Shown here in pieces: positions 49,019 through 61,839 of a DNA stretch of 64,000 bases. Made by a program: the position numbers and the translations under genes. Numbering within the stretch: the first letter of the stretch is position 1; every line of letters begins with the position of its first letter. The notes below the pieces were generated by a model, which saw only the letters and a program-made list of their open reading frames with translations, did not search any database and had not been told where the DNA came from. The stretch is from assembly GCA_013265495.1 (NCBI GenBank), contig MU057719.1, positions 994,001-1,058,000 on the forward strand, in the 5' to 3' direction. This stretch comes from Vicugna vicugna. Taxonomy: Eukaryota.

Positions 49019-49709
49019 ATACACGGTCTTCCTGCAGCTGTTCCTGGAGACGGCGGAGAAGTACTTCATGGTGGGACACAAGGTCAACTACTACGTCTTC
49101 ACTGACCGGCCGGCGGATGTGCCCCAGGTCCCACTGCGGCAGGGGAGGCAGGTGGTGGTCCTCGAGGTCCGAAACTACAGGCGCTGGCAGGACGTATGCA
49201 TGCACCGCATGGAGATGCTCAGCAACTTCTCTCGGCAGCGCTTCCTCCACGAGGTCGACTACCTCGTGTGCGCGGACGTGGACATGAAGTTCAGCGACCG
49301 CGTGGGCGTGGAGATCCTGGCCCCGCTCTTCGGGACCCTCCACCCTGGTTTCTACGCAGCAGATCGCGGGTCCTTCACCTACGAACGCCGCGCGTTGTCT
49401 CAGGCTTACATTCCGAGGGATGAGGGTGATTTTTACTATGCAGGAGGCTTTTTCGGGGGGTCGGTCCTTGAAGTCCACCGGCTCACCGCGGCCTGTCACC
49501 AGGCGATGATGGCCGACTGGGCCCGTGGCCTCGAGGCCGTGTGGCACGATGAGAGCCACCTGAACAGGTACCTGCTCTACCACAAGCCCAGCAAGGTGCT
49601 GTCCCCGGAGTACCTGTGGGACGAGCGGATGCTGCGGAGGCCGCCTTACCTGCGGAAGCTGCGGTACGTGGCGGTGCCCAAGAACCACGCACAGATTCGG
49701 AACCGGTGA
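49019..49709 (+). CDS. ABO: ABO-family exon 7, GT6 catalytic domain ([20 protein letters not shown]...DVD...LHPGFY...[11 protein letters not shown]...WHDESHLN...[15 protein letters not shown])
   Basis: ggtttcag acceptor; 691 nt to TGA with no interruption; DXD motif, the Glu303 equivalent and the C-terminal Lys/Arg are intact; position after SURF6 is syntenic with human ABO. Confidence 0.97.
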
Positions 49710-50279
49710 GCTCTTCTTCTGAGCGCCCAGGCGCCAGGCTGCGGCGCGTGTCGGGGGTCGTCCTGCTTGGGGAAGGCACTGGCGGAAGACTTGAGAAGTG
49801 GCTGAGTGCACCTCCCTCCGTTTGCTCTTCTGGCGTGGCTCCCACCACTGGTCAAACCAACTCAGCTCTGGGTTTCCATTCCCCTCTTGTCCCGCGTTCT
49901 GTGTAAACGCTGCCCATCCTTCAAGGTCCGACAAGGTCACCTTCCCATGAAGCTTTCTTTGCGTCTCTTCTTCCTGCGGCTGAAGTGCATTGCCGCTCCC
50001 TCTGCATCTCCCTAAGGCGCTAGGTGTCCCCCTTTGGCTGAGTCCGCCATTCTGCCTGAATTTCCCACCCGTCTTGCTCATTATCGCGTGAGCTCCTGAG
50101 GGCAGAGGCCAACACTTGTTCGTCTTTCTATCCATCAGTACCTACCTCAGTGCCTTACGCCCAGAAGCTCTCAAGTCACGTTCACATTCGAATTTAAGGG
50201 CCCCTTCAAAGCCTAGTTTCCCAAGTCATCGGGCAACTGGAGAGGCCCAGCCTGAATTCACTGCCTTGCTTTGGTTTGC

Positions 50280-52417
50280 TGGTGTTGGCAACTTGTTGCT
50301 TTCAATTGCTTGTCGTTTTCTTGTTGATTTGTGGGAGTCTGCTACATATTTTGGATGCTAGTACTTTTATTAGACACATGTTAAAAATAAAAACACGTTC
50401 CAGTTTTTATGCTGCCATTTTGACTCTTTTGATGCAGGTAAATTTAGGAAGTCATCCCCTCCTTTGAAATCATGCATTCAGCCTCCTATGTTATCCTCCA
50501 AAAGCTTTAGGCTTTTGCCTCACACTTAGGTCTTTAATCTATTGGAATTGACTTGTGTGTGGTTTTAATGTAAGGGACCAATTTCATTTTTCTTCCTCCG
50601 GACAGCCATTATCTGAGCACCATTTATTGAAAATGTATTTGGAAACTTATTGAAAAGTTCTTCCCCTTGCTGACTTGTAATATCTTCGGTCGCAGAGAAC
50701 CAGTGTCCCCATGTGCCTGGGTTTATTTTGGGCTCTCTAGTCTGTGTTCCATTTGGTCTATTTCTCTATCCTTATGACAATAACACACCATCTTAGTTAC
50801 TCTAGATTTGTAAATAAATCTTGGGATCTGATTGGGCAAGGCCTCCCACCTGCTTTGTCAAGAGTATCTTGACTGCCCTTGGCCTGTTGCATTTCCATCT
50901 AACTTTAAAACTCTTTCAAATTGCTCAAAGGAGGTTTCTGCTGTTTGTTTTTTTTTTAAATCAGAATCGTGTTGAAGATGTCTGGCATCTTTTTAATATT
51001 GGATATCCCAAACCATGAGCACATTTACTTAGGCTTTCTTTAATGTCTTTCAATAGAATCTTATCATTTTTCCCATAAAGATCATGCAAATGTTTTTTAA
51101 AAAGATTTAAAAATCTTTAAAGACTAAAAAAAATTTAATCTGTCTTTCTCAACATTTTATTTTGAAAAAGTTAAGACATACACAAATTTTAAGGAATTGT
51201 ACGGCAAATATTCACGTATCTATCACCCAGGTGGTACCACTAACATTTTGCTACGCGCTACGATTCTTCCACTCACACGTGTCATCCGTCTACCCTAGCA
51301 CGTCTCCATCCCTCCCTCCCTCCCTCAACTCATCTAAGTTTTGTCTGCATTTCAGAACAAGTTACAGGTTTCTGTGTGCTTGAAATACTTCAGCATACAT
51401 ACTGTGAACTCGAGTTCAATATTTATTTAGAGTTCTTTTTCTTTTCCAGATAAAATTTGCACAAAGTGAACGTAAATTCACCGCACAGATCTGAAATGTA
51501 CTGTTCGGTGAGTTTGACAAGTGCATACTCCTGTGTACCACAAACTCAACTGAAATACAGAGCATCAGTATCATCGCCCCCGGAAGTTCCCTTTCCAGTC
51601 AATTCCTGCTCCTAGCCCCCAGAGACAGCCACTGGTCTGACTTTTTTTCACCATAGATTCGTTTTGCCTTTTCTGTAACTTTACAAAAACAGTGTCGCAG
51701 AATTCTGTTTGCCTTCTCCTGTTGGCATTTTAGCGACACTTTTTGCATGTTTTTAGTGGTGGTTCTAGGGATGAGCTCATGCATTCTGAACTTTTCACGT
51801 CTTACTTGAGTTCAGGTTATACCATTTCATGGATGATGTAAGAACCTTGCAGTCACATATGTCCATTTACCGCCTCCCTATCCTACATTGTCATTTGTGC
51901 TACATCCCTGTACATTACGCAACCCAGACTACAGTGTCGCCATTCCCATTTGAAACACTCATATTTATTCTTAAGACATTAAGAGTAAAAATTGTCCTTT
52001 TAAATGTCTCAGATATTTACCATTTTTGGTGCTCTTCCTTCCTTCCTTCCTTCCTAAATGTCCGAGTTTCAATCTAGCACCATGTTCCTTCAGCCTGAAG
52101 AGTTTCCTTTAGCAGCCCTTGGCAGGCTGGTTTGCTGGCAACAAATTCTCTTAATTTCCCCTTATCTGGATGTGTCTGTATTTCACCTTTATTCACGAGG
52201 ATAGTTTCACTAGTGCTAGATTCTGGCAGTGTTTTCTTTCATCGCTTTAAAGATGCCAATGCCCTGTCTTCTAACCTCCATTGCTTCTGATAATAATGCG
52301 TTAATGCTTTGTTTTTGTTTTTCTTTGTTCTTCTCTTGTAATAATAGGTTCTTCCCCCTTTGACTGTTTTTAAGACTTAAAAAAAAAAAGCCTCTGGATT
52401 CATCAGTTTGATGGCAC

Positions 52418-52490
<73 letters not shown>

Positions 52491-53200
52491 CTGGCTAGTT
52501 ACACACGTATGTTTTGATTCTGCTTGTGGTTAGCTGAACTTCTGGAACCTGTAAAGTTGTTTTCATCCACATTTGGGAAGATCTCAGCCATTATTTCTTT
52601 AAATGCATTTTCTGCCCAGTTTCCCTTCCCTCTGTCTCTGTGATTCTGATCACTTGTGAGTTAGATCTCTTGATATTGTCCGACTGGTCTCTAAGGTTTT
52701 GTTCATTTTCTTCCCCCAGTTTTGTCACTCTGTTTTTCACATTAGAGAAGTTTTAAATGTACCTTCGGGTTTTCTTACATTTTGTTCTGCCATCTTCAAT
52801 CTACTGTTAAGCCTTTCTGATGAGCTTTTAAATGTTCAGATACTATATTTTTCAACACTAGAATCTCCATTGGGCTCTTTTTCACAGTCACTTTCTTCAC
52901 TGAGGTTCATATTTTTTCTTTCATTATGAGCATATTTTTCTTTACATCCTTGAACATAATTATATTGGTGCCTTTAAAATCCTTGTCCACCAAGTCCAGC
53001 ATCTGGGTCATCTCAGTGTTGGTCTTCACTGATTGCCTTGTTTCCCTGAGTATGGGGGCCACCAACTCAAGAAAACACATTTCCTGTTTCTTCATATGTC
53101 TCCTCATTGTGCATTGTCCTGTAGAAATCGTGATGATTCATTGTGGAGACAGATTCTGTTATATTCTTTAGGAAAATTGTAATTCTTTTGTTTTAGGAGG
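50280..53200 (-). mobile_element. Degraded antisense LINE-1 fragments
   Basis: Reverse-L1 strings and an ORF1-like peptide (EMTQMLDLVDKDFK...IIMFKDVKKNM) at 52907-53107. Confidence 0.65.
52420..52490. repeat. Interrupted (GT)n microsatellite
   Basis: Read directly from the sequence. Confidence 0.97.
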
Positions 53201-53816
53201 CAGTAACTTGGCTAGCTTCAAAATTTCAAAGTCTGTGTCTTCTGTGGTGGGTCAGAGCTAAATTGTCTCTTATTCTTTCAGGATCCGCTTGGTGGCTGGA
53301 AGTCTGTCCCCCACATGGGTAGTTCACAGCTCCGCCAAAGACATGGGCTGAGTTTATACACAAAACTCAGGGCTTCTCCTCTCTGAGTCTCTCATCTTTG
53401 GTATTTCCCCCTGCAGTTTTCAGCCACTGTGATTGCTGCAAGCATGTCCTCTTGTTCTTCAAACCAGTAAGATGTGATTTTTTAAAAAACTGAATTTTAG
53501 CTGCATGTTGCTGATGGGCACCTAGTCTCAGACTAACAGCTGTAAACAAAAGAAATCTCTTCTGGTGTTGATCTCTTCTTCCAAGTGAAGGTTCCCTTCC
53601 AAATCTTCACCTTTGATCACTTGCCAGAGTCTCCAGGGAATTCTGTAGAATTGTAAACAGCTCTTATACGCAAGAGGGTGGGTTCACTACGAGCTACTCC
53701 TCCATTACTAAAAGCAGAAGCTCTTAATTTTCTTCCGTACACATTGCACATGGTTAGTAAGTTCACTTCTTGGCGTTTAATGGTTTCTATGGCTAGCGGA
53801 TGTTTTATTCCTATTA

Positions 53817-54038
53817 CAAGGGATCAGCAAACTTTTTCTGTAAAGGGCCAAATAGTGAATGTTTTCGGACTAGCGGGCAGGTAGTCCCTGTCACAGCTGC
53901 TCAAGTCTGCCACAATCGTGCAAAAGCAACTGTAAGTAAAACAAACAGAGGAGTGCAGGTGTGTTCAAATTAAAATTTATTTCGGAAAACAGGCAGTGAG
54001 CTCGATTCGGCCCACAGGCCGTAGTTTGCCGATTCCTG
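53817..54038. mobile_element. MER58A-like hAT-Charlie MITE
   Basis: caagggatcagcaaactttttctgtaaagggccaaatagtgaatg...ggcccacaggccgtagtttgccgattcctg with imperfect TIRs. Confidence 0.85.
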
Positions 54039-55094
54039 TTGTCACACCAACGAATTAGTTGCTGCTGACCCGTGGTGTGTGGGAAAGCTCCTTATTGTAC
54101 ACTGCGCGGATCATGCGTCTGGCTAGCTTCTTGAAATCTTTTATAAGTCTCAGCTGACTTCTTTCTAATTGATTCTCTTGAAATTTCTAAATAGATGATC
54201 CCATTGATGGTTAATTGTAATATAAACAATAATACTTTTCTTTTTTTTTTCTAATAGTCCTGTTGACTTTCTCTTTTTATTCCCGCCTGAGACCTGTCCG
54301 GCTCTCAGGGTGACGGTGAACAGGGAGGCGAGTCCACACTGTCGGGGTCTCGGTGACCCCAGGCCAGCTCCTCTGGGGCACGTGGCGAGTGAGCTTCTCC
54401 CTCCACTCAGCAATGCTGACAACTTGGTAGACATGTGTCCATGGCTTAGCTCTTCTCCAGAAGTTCTCCTGCATGAATTTGGATTTATGTAGCCCCACAA
54501 ATCACTCTTCTTTGGATTCCATCCACATTTCCACACAGGACGTCTACTCAGGGGTCTGTGCCATTCTGAGTGGTCCCACCGTGTTGTCCCCTCCAAGACC
54601 CCCCTAGGCACGAACACCTCCTGTGGGGCCGCTGCGTCATCACGCCATGGGGAAGGGGCTCGGTGTCCTGGGTTCACATTACCACTCGTTTCTAGCTAGT
54701 CTGGGTTTATTTCCTCTTTGACCCAAAGGTATTTAGAAGAGTATTTCTCCCCATGGTTAGTTTAGTTTATTTTTTGTGCAATGCTTTAGTTGTTCATTTC
54801 TGGATTCACCGTTTTTTTAGTCAAAGGGTATGACCTATGCTTGCTTGGCATCATTTGCCCTCATGCTAGCTGGCTCCTTCCCAGGTGTGTATGCACAACA
54901 ATGTGCCTCTGTAACCCAAATTGTGAAAAGAACCGTGTGTTTACTTTGGTAACATCTCCTGCCAACCAGTGGGTGATAAACAGATTTATCTACTTATTCA
55001 TTGTCCTTGCCTTGTTGATTCGGGCTTGTAGGCGGTGCGTGTATAAGCCTGATTTTATTCACAGGAAGTCTACGTATCTCTAAGTCTAACTGTC

Positions 55095-55255
55095 ACTGGG
55101 TTCAATCCTGACTCTCCTGTTCTTTAGGGCACAGAGGTGGGAAAGTCTCTTTAAGACTCAGTTTCCTCATCAGTGAAATGGGGACAATAATCTTATTTGG
55201 TCCATGGACTTGTCAGGAGGATTTGATGAGATAACTCACGTGGAGAACAGCAGCC
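55095..55255 (+). mobile_element. MIR SINE remnant (similar MIR cores at ~200-330, ~56090-56230 and ~60410-60520)
   Basis: MIR core ctcagtttcctcatcagtgaaatggggacaataat. Confidence 0.7.
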
Positions 55256-57152
55256 CTGGAAGATCTCCGGCACCATGAGTTCTTCCTGCTGATGTCACCT
55301 TGCTGAGAGCCCCTGCTGCCATCGGCCCCTGCCCCTCCCACGCTGCTCCCTGCCATGCATGCCCCTCGCGCTCGGACTCCACTGGCCCTCCAGAATGCCT
55401 TTCTTCACTGCAGTCTGGTTGGGTGTCCCTCAGTGGGGGTCCTTGGCACTGGGGCTCCCACCATCAAGCCCAGGCTGGCACTGGGCTGGACTGAACCCAG
55501 GGCTCACTGCCTGTGCTGTCCTTAGTGTTGACCCCTGTACTCAGAGGCACCCTGATGTGTCATCTGCTTCTCAAGAGAAATGTGTGGGGCCCCAGTGATA
55601 GGGCTTCCACCATCCCAAAGTGGCCAAACTGAGCTGCCCTGTCTTCCCTGTCAAGAACCCTTCCCACCCTGTCTCTCTACTCATGAGACAGACAGCATCT
55701 TGGCTCCCGTGGGTACCAGCAAGCACAGAGCAGCTTTGGTGATGGTGGTCAGTGGTATTTCATGGAGGACAGTCTTGCCTTGGACGGTGGCTTTGGTGGA
55801 TGTGACTTCCAGCCACTTCCCACAAACATACAGTCGTGTAAAATTCTCGTGGGCGTGGATTCATCATTCACCATCCATCCACCATCCGTGGTGAAAAATA
55901 CTTACCAATTATTTTTTAAAAATGATCTTGGCTTTAAATGACTTAACATAAAACCCCTCCAGTACACTGAACTGTATGTAGCCTTCTTCAAATTCTCTCT
56001 TCTGTATATCCGTGCTGTTTGAATCCTTGTGGACAACAGACCTAGGTTCTGGGTGCAGAGGGAACGCCACCCAGGAGTCAGTCAGATCTGGACCCTGAGA
56101 AAGTTGCTTCCCTTTAGGGGCTCAGTTTCCTCATCTGTAAGCGGGGGTGACAACAGTATTTTTCTCATGGATAAGAAGTTGTGCCAAAACTCTGACTTGC
56201 TGCCTGGCATGTAGTTGCAGCTCAGAAATGGGGGTTCTTAGCATCTTGTGTGTGATCAAGTGAGTTTCATCATTTCTAGCTAAGACCAGCCATCCCCACG
56301 GCACCAGGGCCTTCTGCCACCAGGGAGGGATTCAAAGACCCTGGTCCATTTCTCTTCCTGCACTGTTGAGGTCTTAGTGTGTGCAGGGACTCTCCAAGTG
56401 CAAAGTCATTGAACTTTTCTTCATGCCACCAGGTAAGGTTGGCTGTTAATCCCATTTCACAGATGAGGAAACTGAGGTTCGAGTGGTAATACCTTTCCAC
56501 GGTCACCAGGGGTCTCTCCCTCCTCCCACTGAGCAGAGCCTCCTCCCTTCCAGAAGCTCAAAGTGCTGGATGTGTGGGCTGGGGGCTGGCACAGGGCCAG
56601 CCCAGGGGTTACTGCTGGAGGACTCCCAGACGTCATTTGGGAGCTGTGGCCTGCTCCAAAGCCCCCAGCCGGATGCTTTGACCTTCTGGCTCCTTCCATG
56701 AGGTCCCTCTTCTGCTCACACAAGCCCCAAAGGGTCCTGCTCTTTGAGAACTTGACGTGGAAGGAGCACATTCAAGGCGGTCCCTAGTATGCTGAGCTGC
56801 CCTAGGTGTGCTCTCCTGACTGAGAGGAAGGCGCTCCGTGATTGGAGGGAGAGGGAACAGGCAAGAGATTCCAGGCTCCCCCTCTTCAGTCCTGGATGGC
56901 AGGTCAGGCTGCTCGGCTCAGGTGAGTCTTGGAGCTGGAAGACGGGGTGGGTGGGGACAGGGACGGCCTGGGAGCTGGGTGGGGGAGGAGCGCTGCTCGA
57001 GGTGGGCGGGAGATGGGCGTGGCCAGGGCCTGGACTAGGCAGGGCGGGGCGGGGCCGGGCCTTGCGCCCGGATGGGTCCCTCCCAAGGACCTTCAACACC
57101 AGCACTCCCAGCGCTTCCTCCCCCTCCTTCCCTGGGGTCTCAGCCTCAGGGT

Positions 57153-57450
57153 CTGTGACGCACCCCCGACCCCAAACAAGGCACAGAGACTCCGAGGTTT
57201 GCAGTAGAGAAGGGTTTAGTCAGGAAGCAGCCAAGCGAGGAGACGGGAGAACACGTCTCGTATCTGCCCCTGCCTCCCCGAAGGTGAGCGGCTGGGATGT
57301 TACGGGGCAACGAAGCAGGGTGGGCAGGGTGTGGGCAGGTGGGGGAAGGGGGCTGGGGATAAGAAAGAGGTGGGGTTATCGTGGCTCTGCAAAGCTGAAA
57401 GTAAGCTACACTCTTCTTCATGGGACGGACGTTCACTGGATCCAAGGGTG
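57153..57450 (-). mobile_element. LTR fragment (ERV1-like)
   Basis: tgtgacgcacccccgacc...ggtttgcagtagagaagggtttagtcaggaagcagccaagcgaggagacgggagaaca resembles an antisense ERV1 LTR end. Confidence 0.45.
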
Positions 57451-57582
57451 GAGTTTGTGGGCCCCGTGTGGTCGGACACGCGCATGCCCAGATGCAGGGT
57501 TGCTTCATGGCGGAGCCGCCTACAGCCTCTTTCTTCTCACCTCCTTTCACCTCCCCCGTGTGCACCTCCCATCCAGCTGGGC

Positions 57583-57623
57583 AGTGTGTGTGTGTGTGTG
57601 TGTGCGCGTGCGCGCGCGCGCGC
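57583..57623. repeat. (GT)n-(GC)n alternating purine-pyrimidine tract
   Basis: Read directly from the sequence. Confidence 0.95.
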
Positions 57624-59139
57624 CTGTGTCCATGTGGGGATGCCCAGAGGAAAGGGTCCTACATAGAAAGGGGTAGATCGGGTCCCCCAAGGCCACAGGA
57701 GGCTCTAAATTCCAGAGCAAACTCCCTGGTCTAGGGGGCCATAGCCCTCCCCACTCTTCTGGACTCTGCCCACCTTCTGTGCCCCCAGCCAGTCCCTGCC
57801 TCTCTTGGCCTCAGCTTCCCAACTATCCCATGTGCGGTTGGCATGGAATTACGAGTCTAGCTCAGCGGGGACATGGTCTGGGTTCTGCATGCTGGGTGGG
57901 TGTGGCGGAACTCGCTCAGAGGCACGTGGGCTCCCTCCTGCCGGGCAGCCAGGTCTCGGGTCCCAGTGGACAGTGCTTGCATGTGACCCTGCCCCGCAGC
58001 GCCCGTGACACCACCGGCTCTCCACGCTGTTGGTCCTGCGTGTCCACCCCCGCAGCTGCTCTGTGACTCCCACATCCCCTGAGCCCTGGGATCACCTCCG
58101 CCCCACCCAGATGGGCTGCAGGGTGATGGCCGGGTGGGTTGCCATCTGTGGACAGGGAAGTTGCTGTCCTGGACCCCAGACTCCATCCTAGGGTCCAGTT
58201 CAGTTCATGACTGGGTCATGGGGACCTGTAGGCAGCCGTGGACATCTACTCCAGACAGAAAGGACAGGCCACCCACCCCCTCTTCCCCTACACCCCTCTC
58301 CTTGTCTTCTTGGCAGGGCCCTGGGACATGAAGTCCAGCCTGTCCCTGACTGCAGCCCTGGTTGGTAAAAGAGGGACTGCAGTTGCCCATGCCAGAGGAG
58401 TGAGGGTTGGGGGTACTGACTGTCATTAACAAGCCCTCTGGGCACTCAGTGATTTCACTCCACTTTGTAGATGAACTGTGGCCTCAGCTCTCAAGGTCAC
58501 TCAGCTCTGAGTGCCCAAGTCCAGCCGTGAACAGGAGACTCACAGTCACTGCTCTTCACCATCACTGAGCCCCGCCCAGACCATCAGAGCCTTGTCCTGT
58601 GCTGGACTCCCTGGCCAGGTGACCTCCTGAGTCTAAGCACTTTGGGAAACTTTGTCTCCCAAACTTAATCCCCGCAAAACCCTCTGAGGCCTGAGCCGCT
58701 GACCCCATTTCCAGCAGAGGAGACTGAGGCTCTGAGAGTTGGCGATGGAGTTAATGGCACTGAGCACATCGAGGCTGTCGGGTCTTCCGCTCCGGTGGGG
58801 CAGGGGCAGAGGGAGAGTCAGCTGTGCTCTGTAGGGGCCACAGGCCCAGGAGAGGGAAGCGCACAGGAAGGAGCCTATGGTTGGCTGGGATGGGGCAGAG
58901 GAGACAGGCGAGTCTGCTCAGTGGGCACAAGATTCCTGGTGTCATGACGAAGATATTCTCAAACTTGACAGTGGTGATGGAGCACACTCCAGAGGATGCA
59001 GTTAACGCCCCTGGAGTGTACAACTTAAGTGATGGACGATTGACTTATACTGGAGCTAACCTTAACATATAAAATATAGAAAAACACAACATATAAAAGA
59101 GAAACAAAATGTGGCCGCCACAGACATGTGCGGTGAAGG

Positions 59140-60290
59140 AGGGCTCTGGGGTTGTAGCTGGCACTGGCTGGAGCTTAGGGGATGGCGCTGAGGGAGGAGC
59201 TGTGGCTGATGCTAGGGGCACCGCTGGCTCCAGGTGTGGAAAAGGCCCGGGAGCTGGTGTCCCAGGCGAGGCCGGAAGGAGGCTGTCCCAGGTGATGGCT
59301 CTGGAGCCGGCTCTAGGACTGGCTCTCGTCTGAGACTGACTTTCATGCTGGCATTGTTGCCAGATTTGATGAAAAACTAGTGACTGAAATGGCTTTACCT
59401 TGAGCTGGTCCTGGCATTTGAGCTGGGGTTGGCTCTAGTCTGCACCTTGCCCTCGTTCTAGCCGGTGGCTGGTACCAGAGTGAGCACTAGTCCATGTCTG
59501 GTGGCAGATCTGGCACTTCAGGCGACTCTACTTGGCAGGTCAAGGTACCTCTAGCTCTGCAGCTGGCACCAGGCGCTGCCCTGGCTCCACAGGCGGCAAA
59601 CAGTCCTGTGATGGCACCGCGTCTCCTGAGCCTCATCCAGAGCTGCCTAGCTCCAGAGCTGCTGCTGGGCCGATGGTGGCTCTGGCCCTGCCCTGGAGCT
59701 GTGGCTGAAGGCGGCACCACAGTCAGTGAAGAAGCTGGCTTGGCTCCAGCACCAGGTGTGGGTCCGTAGCCGTGTCTGCAGCTGGATCTGGCTCTTCAGG
59801 TTGTAGTAGGCCCGGTGCTGCAGCCAGTTCTGGAGCTGGAGATGGTACTGAGGCAGCAAGAGAAGCAAAGATCACCGACCAGACCGCCCTTCCATGTGCC
59901 TTCTCAAAGAAAGAAAACCTGAGCTGCTGTCCACCGTCATGCCGGCCCAGGATTGGCTGCAGAGCTGGGCTGGCTCTCGCTCTGGCAGTTGTGCCCCAAG
60001 TGATGCCAGAACTGGCGACAGAGAGGGGGATGGCTCAGCACAGGAGTCGAAGGCAGAGCTGGGACCACGTGGAGGTAGCTCCAGTCTGCGCCTGGCACGA
60101 GCCCTGGATCATAGCCTGTCTCAGAGCGGGCACTGGACCACAGCGGCTGCAGGTTCTGCGCCGCACGTGGCTCTGGCTCTGACTCTTACGCCAGAGCGAA
60201 CTCTGGCTCTGCAGCTTGTGCCGGACACGCTGAGCCTTGCAGCCCCCACGCAGTGGCCGTGGGTGGGATGCCGCCCCACCTGTTAGGCTG
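59140..60290. repeat. Degenerate low-complexity tract rich in CTGG/GGCT/GAGCT hexamer-like units
   Basis: Recurrent ctggct, gagctg, gctctg and gctcca; ORF fragments read Gly/Ala/Ser-rich or Leu/Ala/Pro-rich depending on frame. Confidence 0.55.
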
Positions 60291-61839
60291 GGAGCTCCGA
60301 GGGCAGCAGTGGCGTCTGGGGCTCTCCGTAGTACTCCAGGTACCCGCACACTGCAGGGACCGGACACAGATGCTGAACACGTGAATGAGTGAATGAACAC
60401 AAGAATCTTTATCTCAGGTTTCTCATCTGTGAAGTAGCAACGCCCACCTCTGAGGCCCGCTGGGAGGATTACATTGGTTCCATAAAATTGAACTGCTTAC
60501 TGTGGACCAGGCACTGTTCTGCAGGCTGAGAACACAGAACTGAAGAAGCACGTTGCTGACTGGAGCAGGACTTGGATGAGGAATTGGGGTCACAGGCACG
60601 TGTCCCAGCTCAGTGAGAACAGGTGCTGGGAGCGAAAGGTCCCCAGGCATCCCTGTCCAGTGGCTCCGGACCAGCCCAGGTGGGGCCTGTGGTGAGGGAG
60701 GTGTGAGATCCTTGGTCTGAACACCCAGGCTGCCCCCATCCCCACATACCTGTTCCCTTCACTGTCCCCAGTTTTGCCGTCCATGAAATAGAGCTGTGAG
60801 GATATCCATTCCCAGGTTCCTCCATGAAGTTGGTCTCGATCTTTTGAGACATTCAAAAAAGAACTACCCATGTTCTGTCTTCCCACCGGTAAACCCGGAG
60901 GGCAGGGCTTGAGTTCACCGGGGCACCAGCCAGTGCTCCCAGGGGATTGGCTGGAGTCCTCCTTCTGGTCAGTGGATGAGTTGGGCCGGAAGTCCTGGAC
61001 TCTGACCCCAGTGGCCATAAAAGTCAGGGTTTTGAGGACACACAGGTCAAGCCACTTCTGGGATTACTTGGAAATGGCAGCCTGAAGTCAGAGGGACCGT
61101 CCAGTGAGGGTCAGTCCTGCCAGCCGTCAGGACCGGGGGGAGATCTTTCCAGATGGCCACATAAAGGTCTTCCTCCATTCTTTCTTCTTCTTTCCTTCCC
61201 CAGCTACCTTGTATTTTATCGTGTGCATGGTCACCATCTATTCACTCCCCTGCTGGAGGAAACTGGAGTATTTCCAGTCTTCTGAAGAAAGTGCAGTGAA
61301 TAACATGTGCACATGTCCGGTGTAGACGAGTTTCTACGGGATGGGCCCCTGACGGGGCTGCTGAGCCAGAGGGTGGTGGCTGCACTGTAATTTTGATGGA
61401 CACACTCCAAGTGCCTCCACTGGAAAAGACTTGTATTCCCATCAAAAATGAATAAACACTCCCGTTTCTACACAGTCCCAGGGTGTGTTGTCAAACTGTA
61501 GGGGGTTTAGGTTAAATCATAACTCAGACTGAACATGTTATATTTAAAACTATTCTGATTTTTTGTCAAGTGTCTGATAATGACTTTGGTGCATTGTTCT
61601 CTGTGTGGCTACTTACCTTCTCAATTTCTCAGCACTCTTTACATAAGAGGATGAGAGCTGCTTTGACCCGTGGTGGAAATATTTGTTCCAGTTGATTACT
61701 CCTTCTTTTTCAATCCATGTGCTTTCCCCTCGTGTGCTGCCAGGATGGACTGGTTCTGAGACTGACTCTGACCCTGGCGTTGTTAAGACCCTGCTCCGGT
61801 TTATCTACTGATTTAACACACACTCTATAAAACACCTTA

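Noticed and set aside
48939..50135. 398-aa minus-strand ORF
   Set aside because: Antisense shadow of the GC3-rich ABO exon 7; no recognisable protein.
56789..57676. 295-aa plus-strand ORF
   Set aside because: Runs through an LTR fragment and a (GT)n(GC)n microsatellite; no protein homology recognised.
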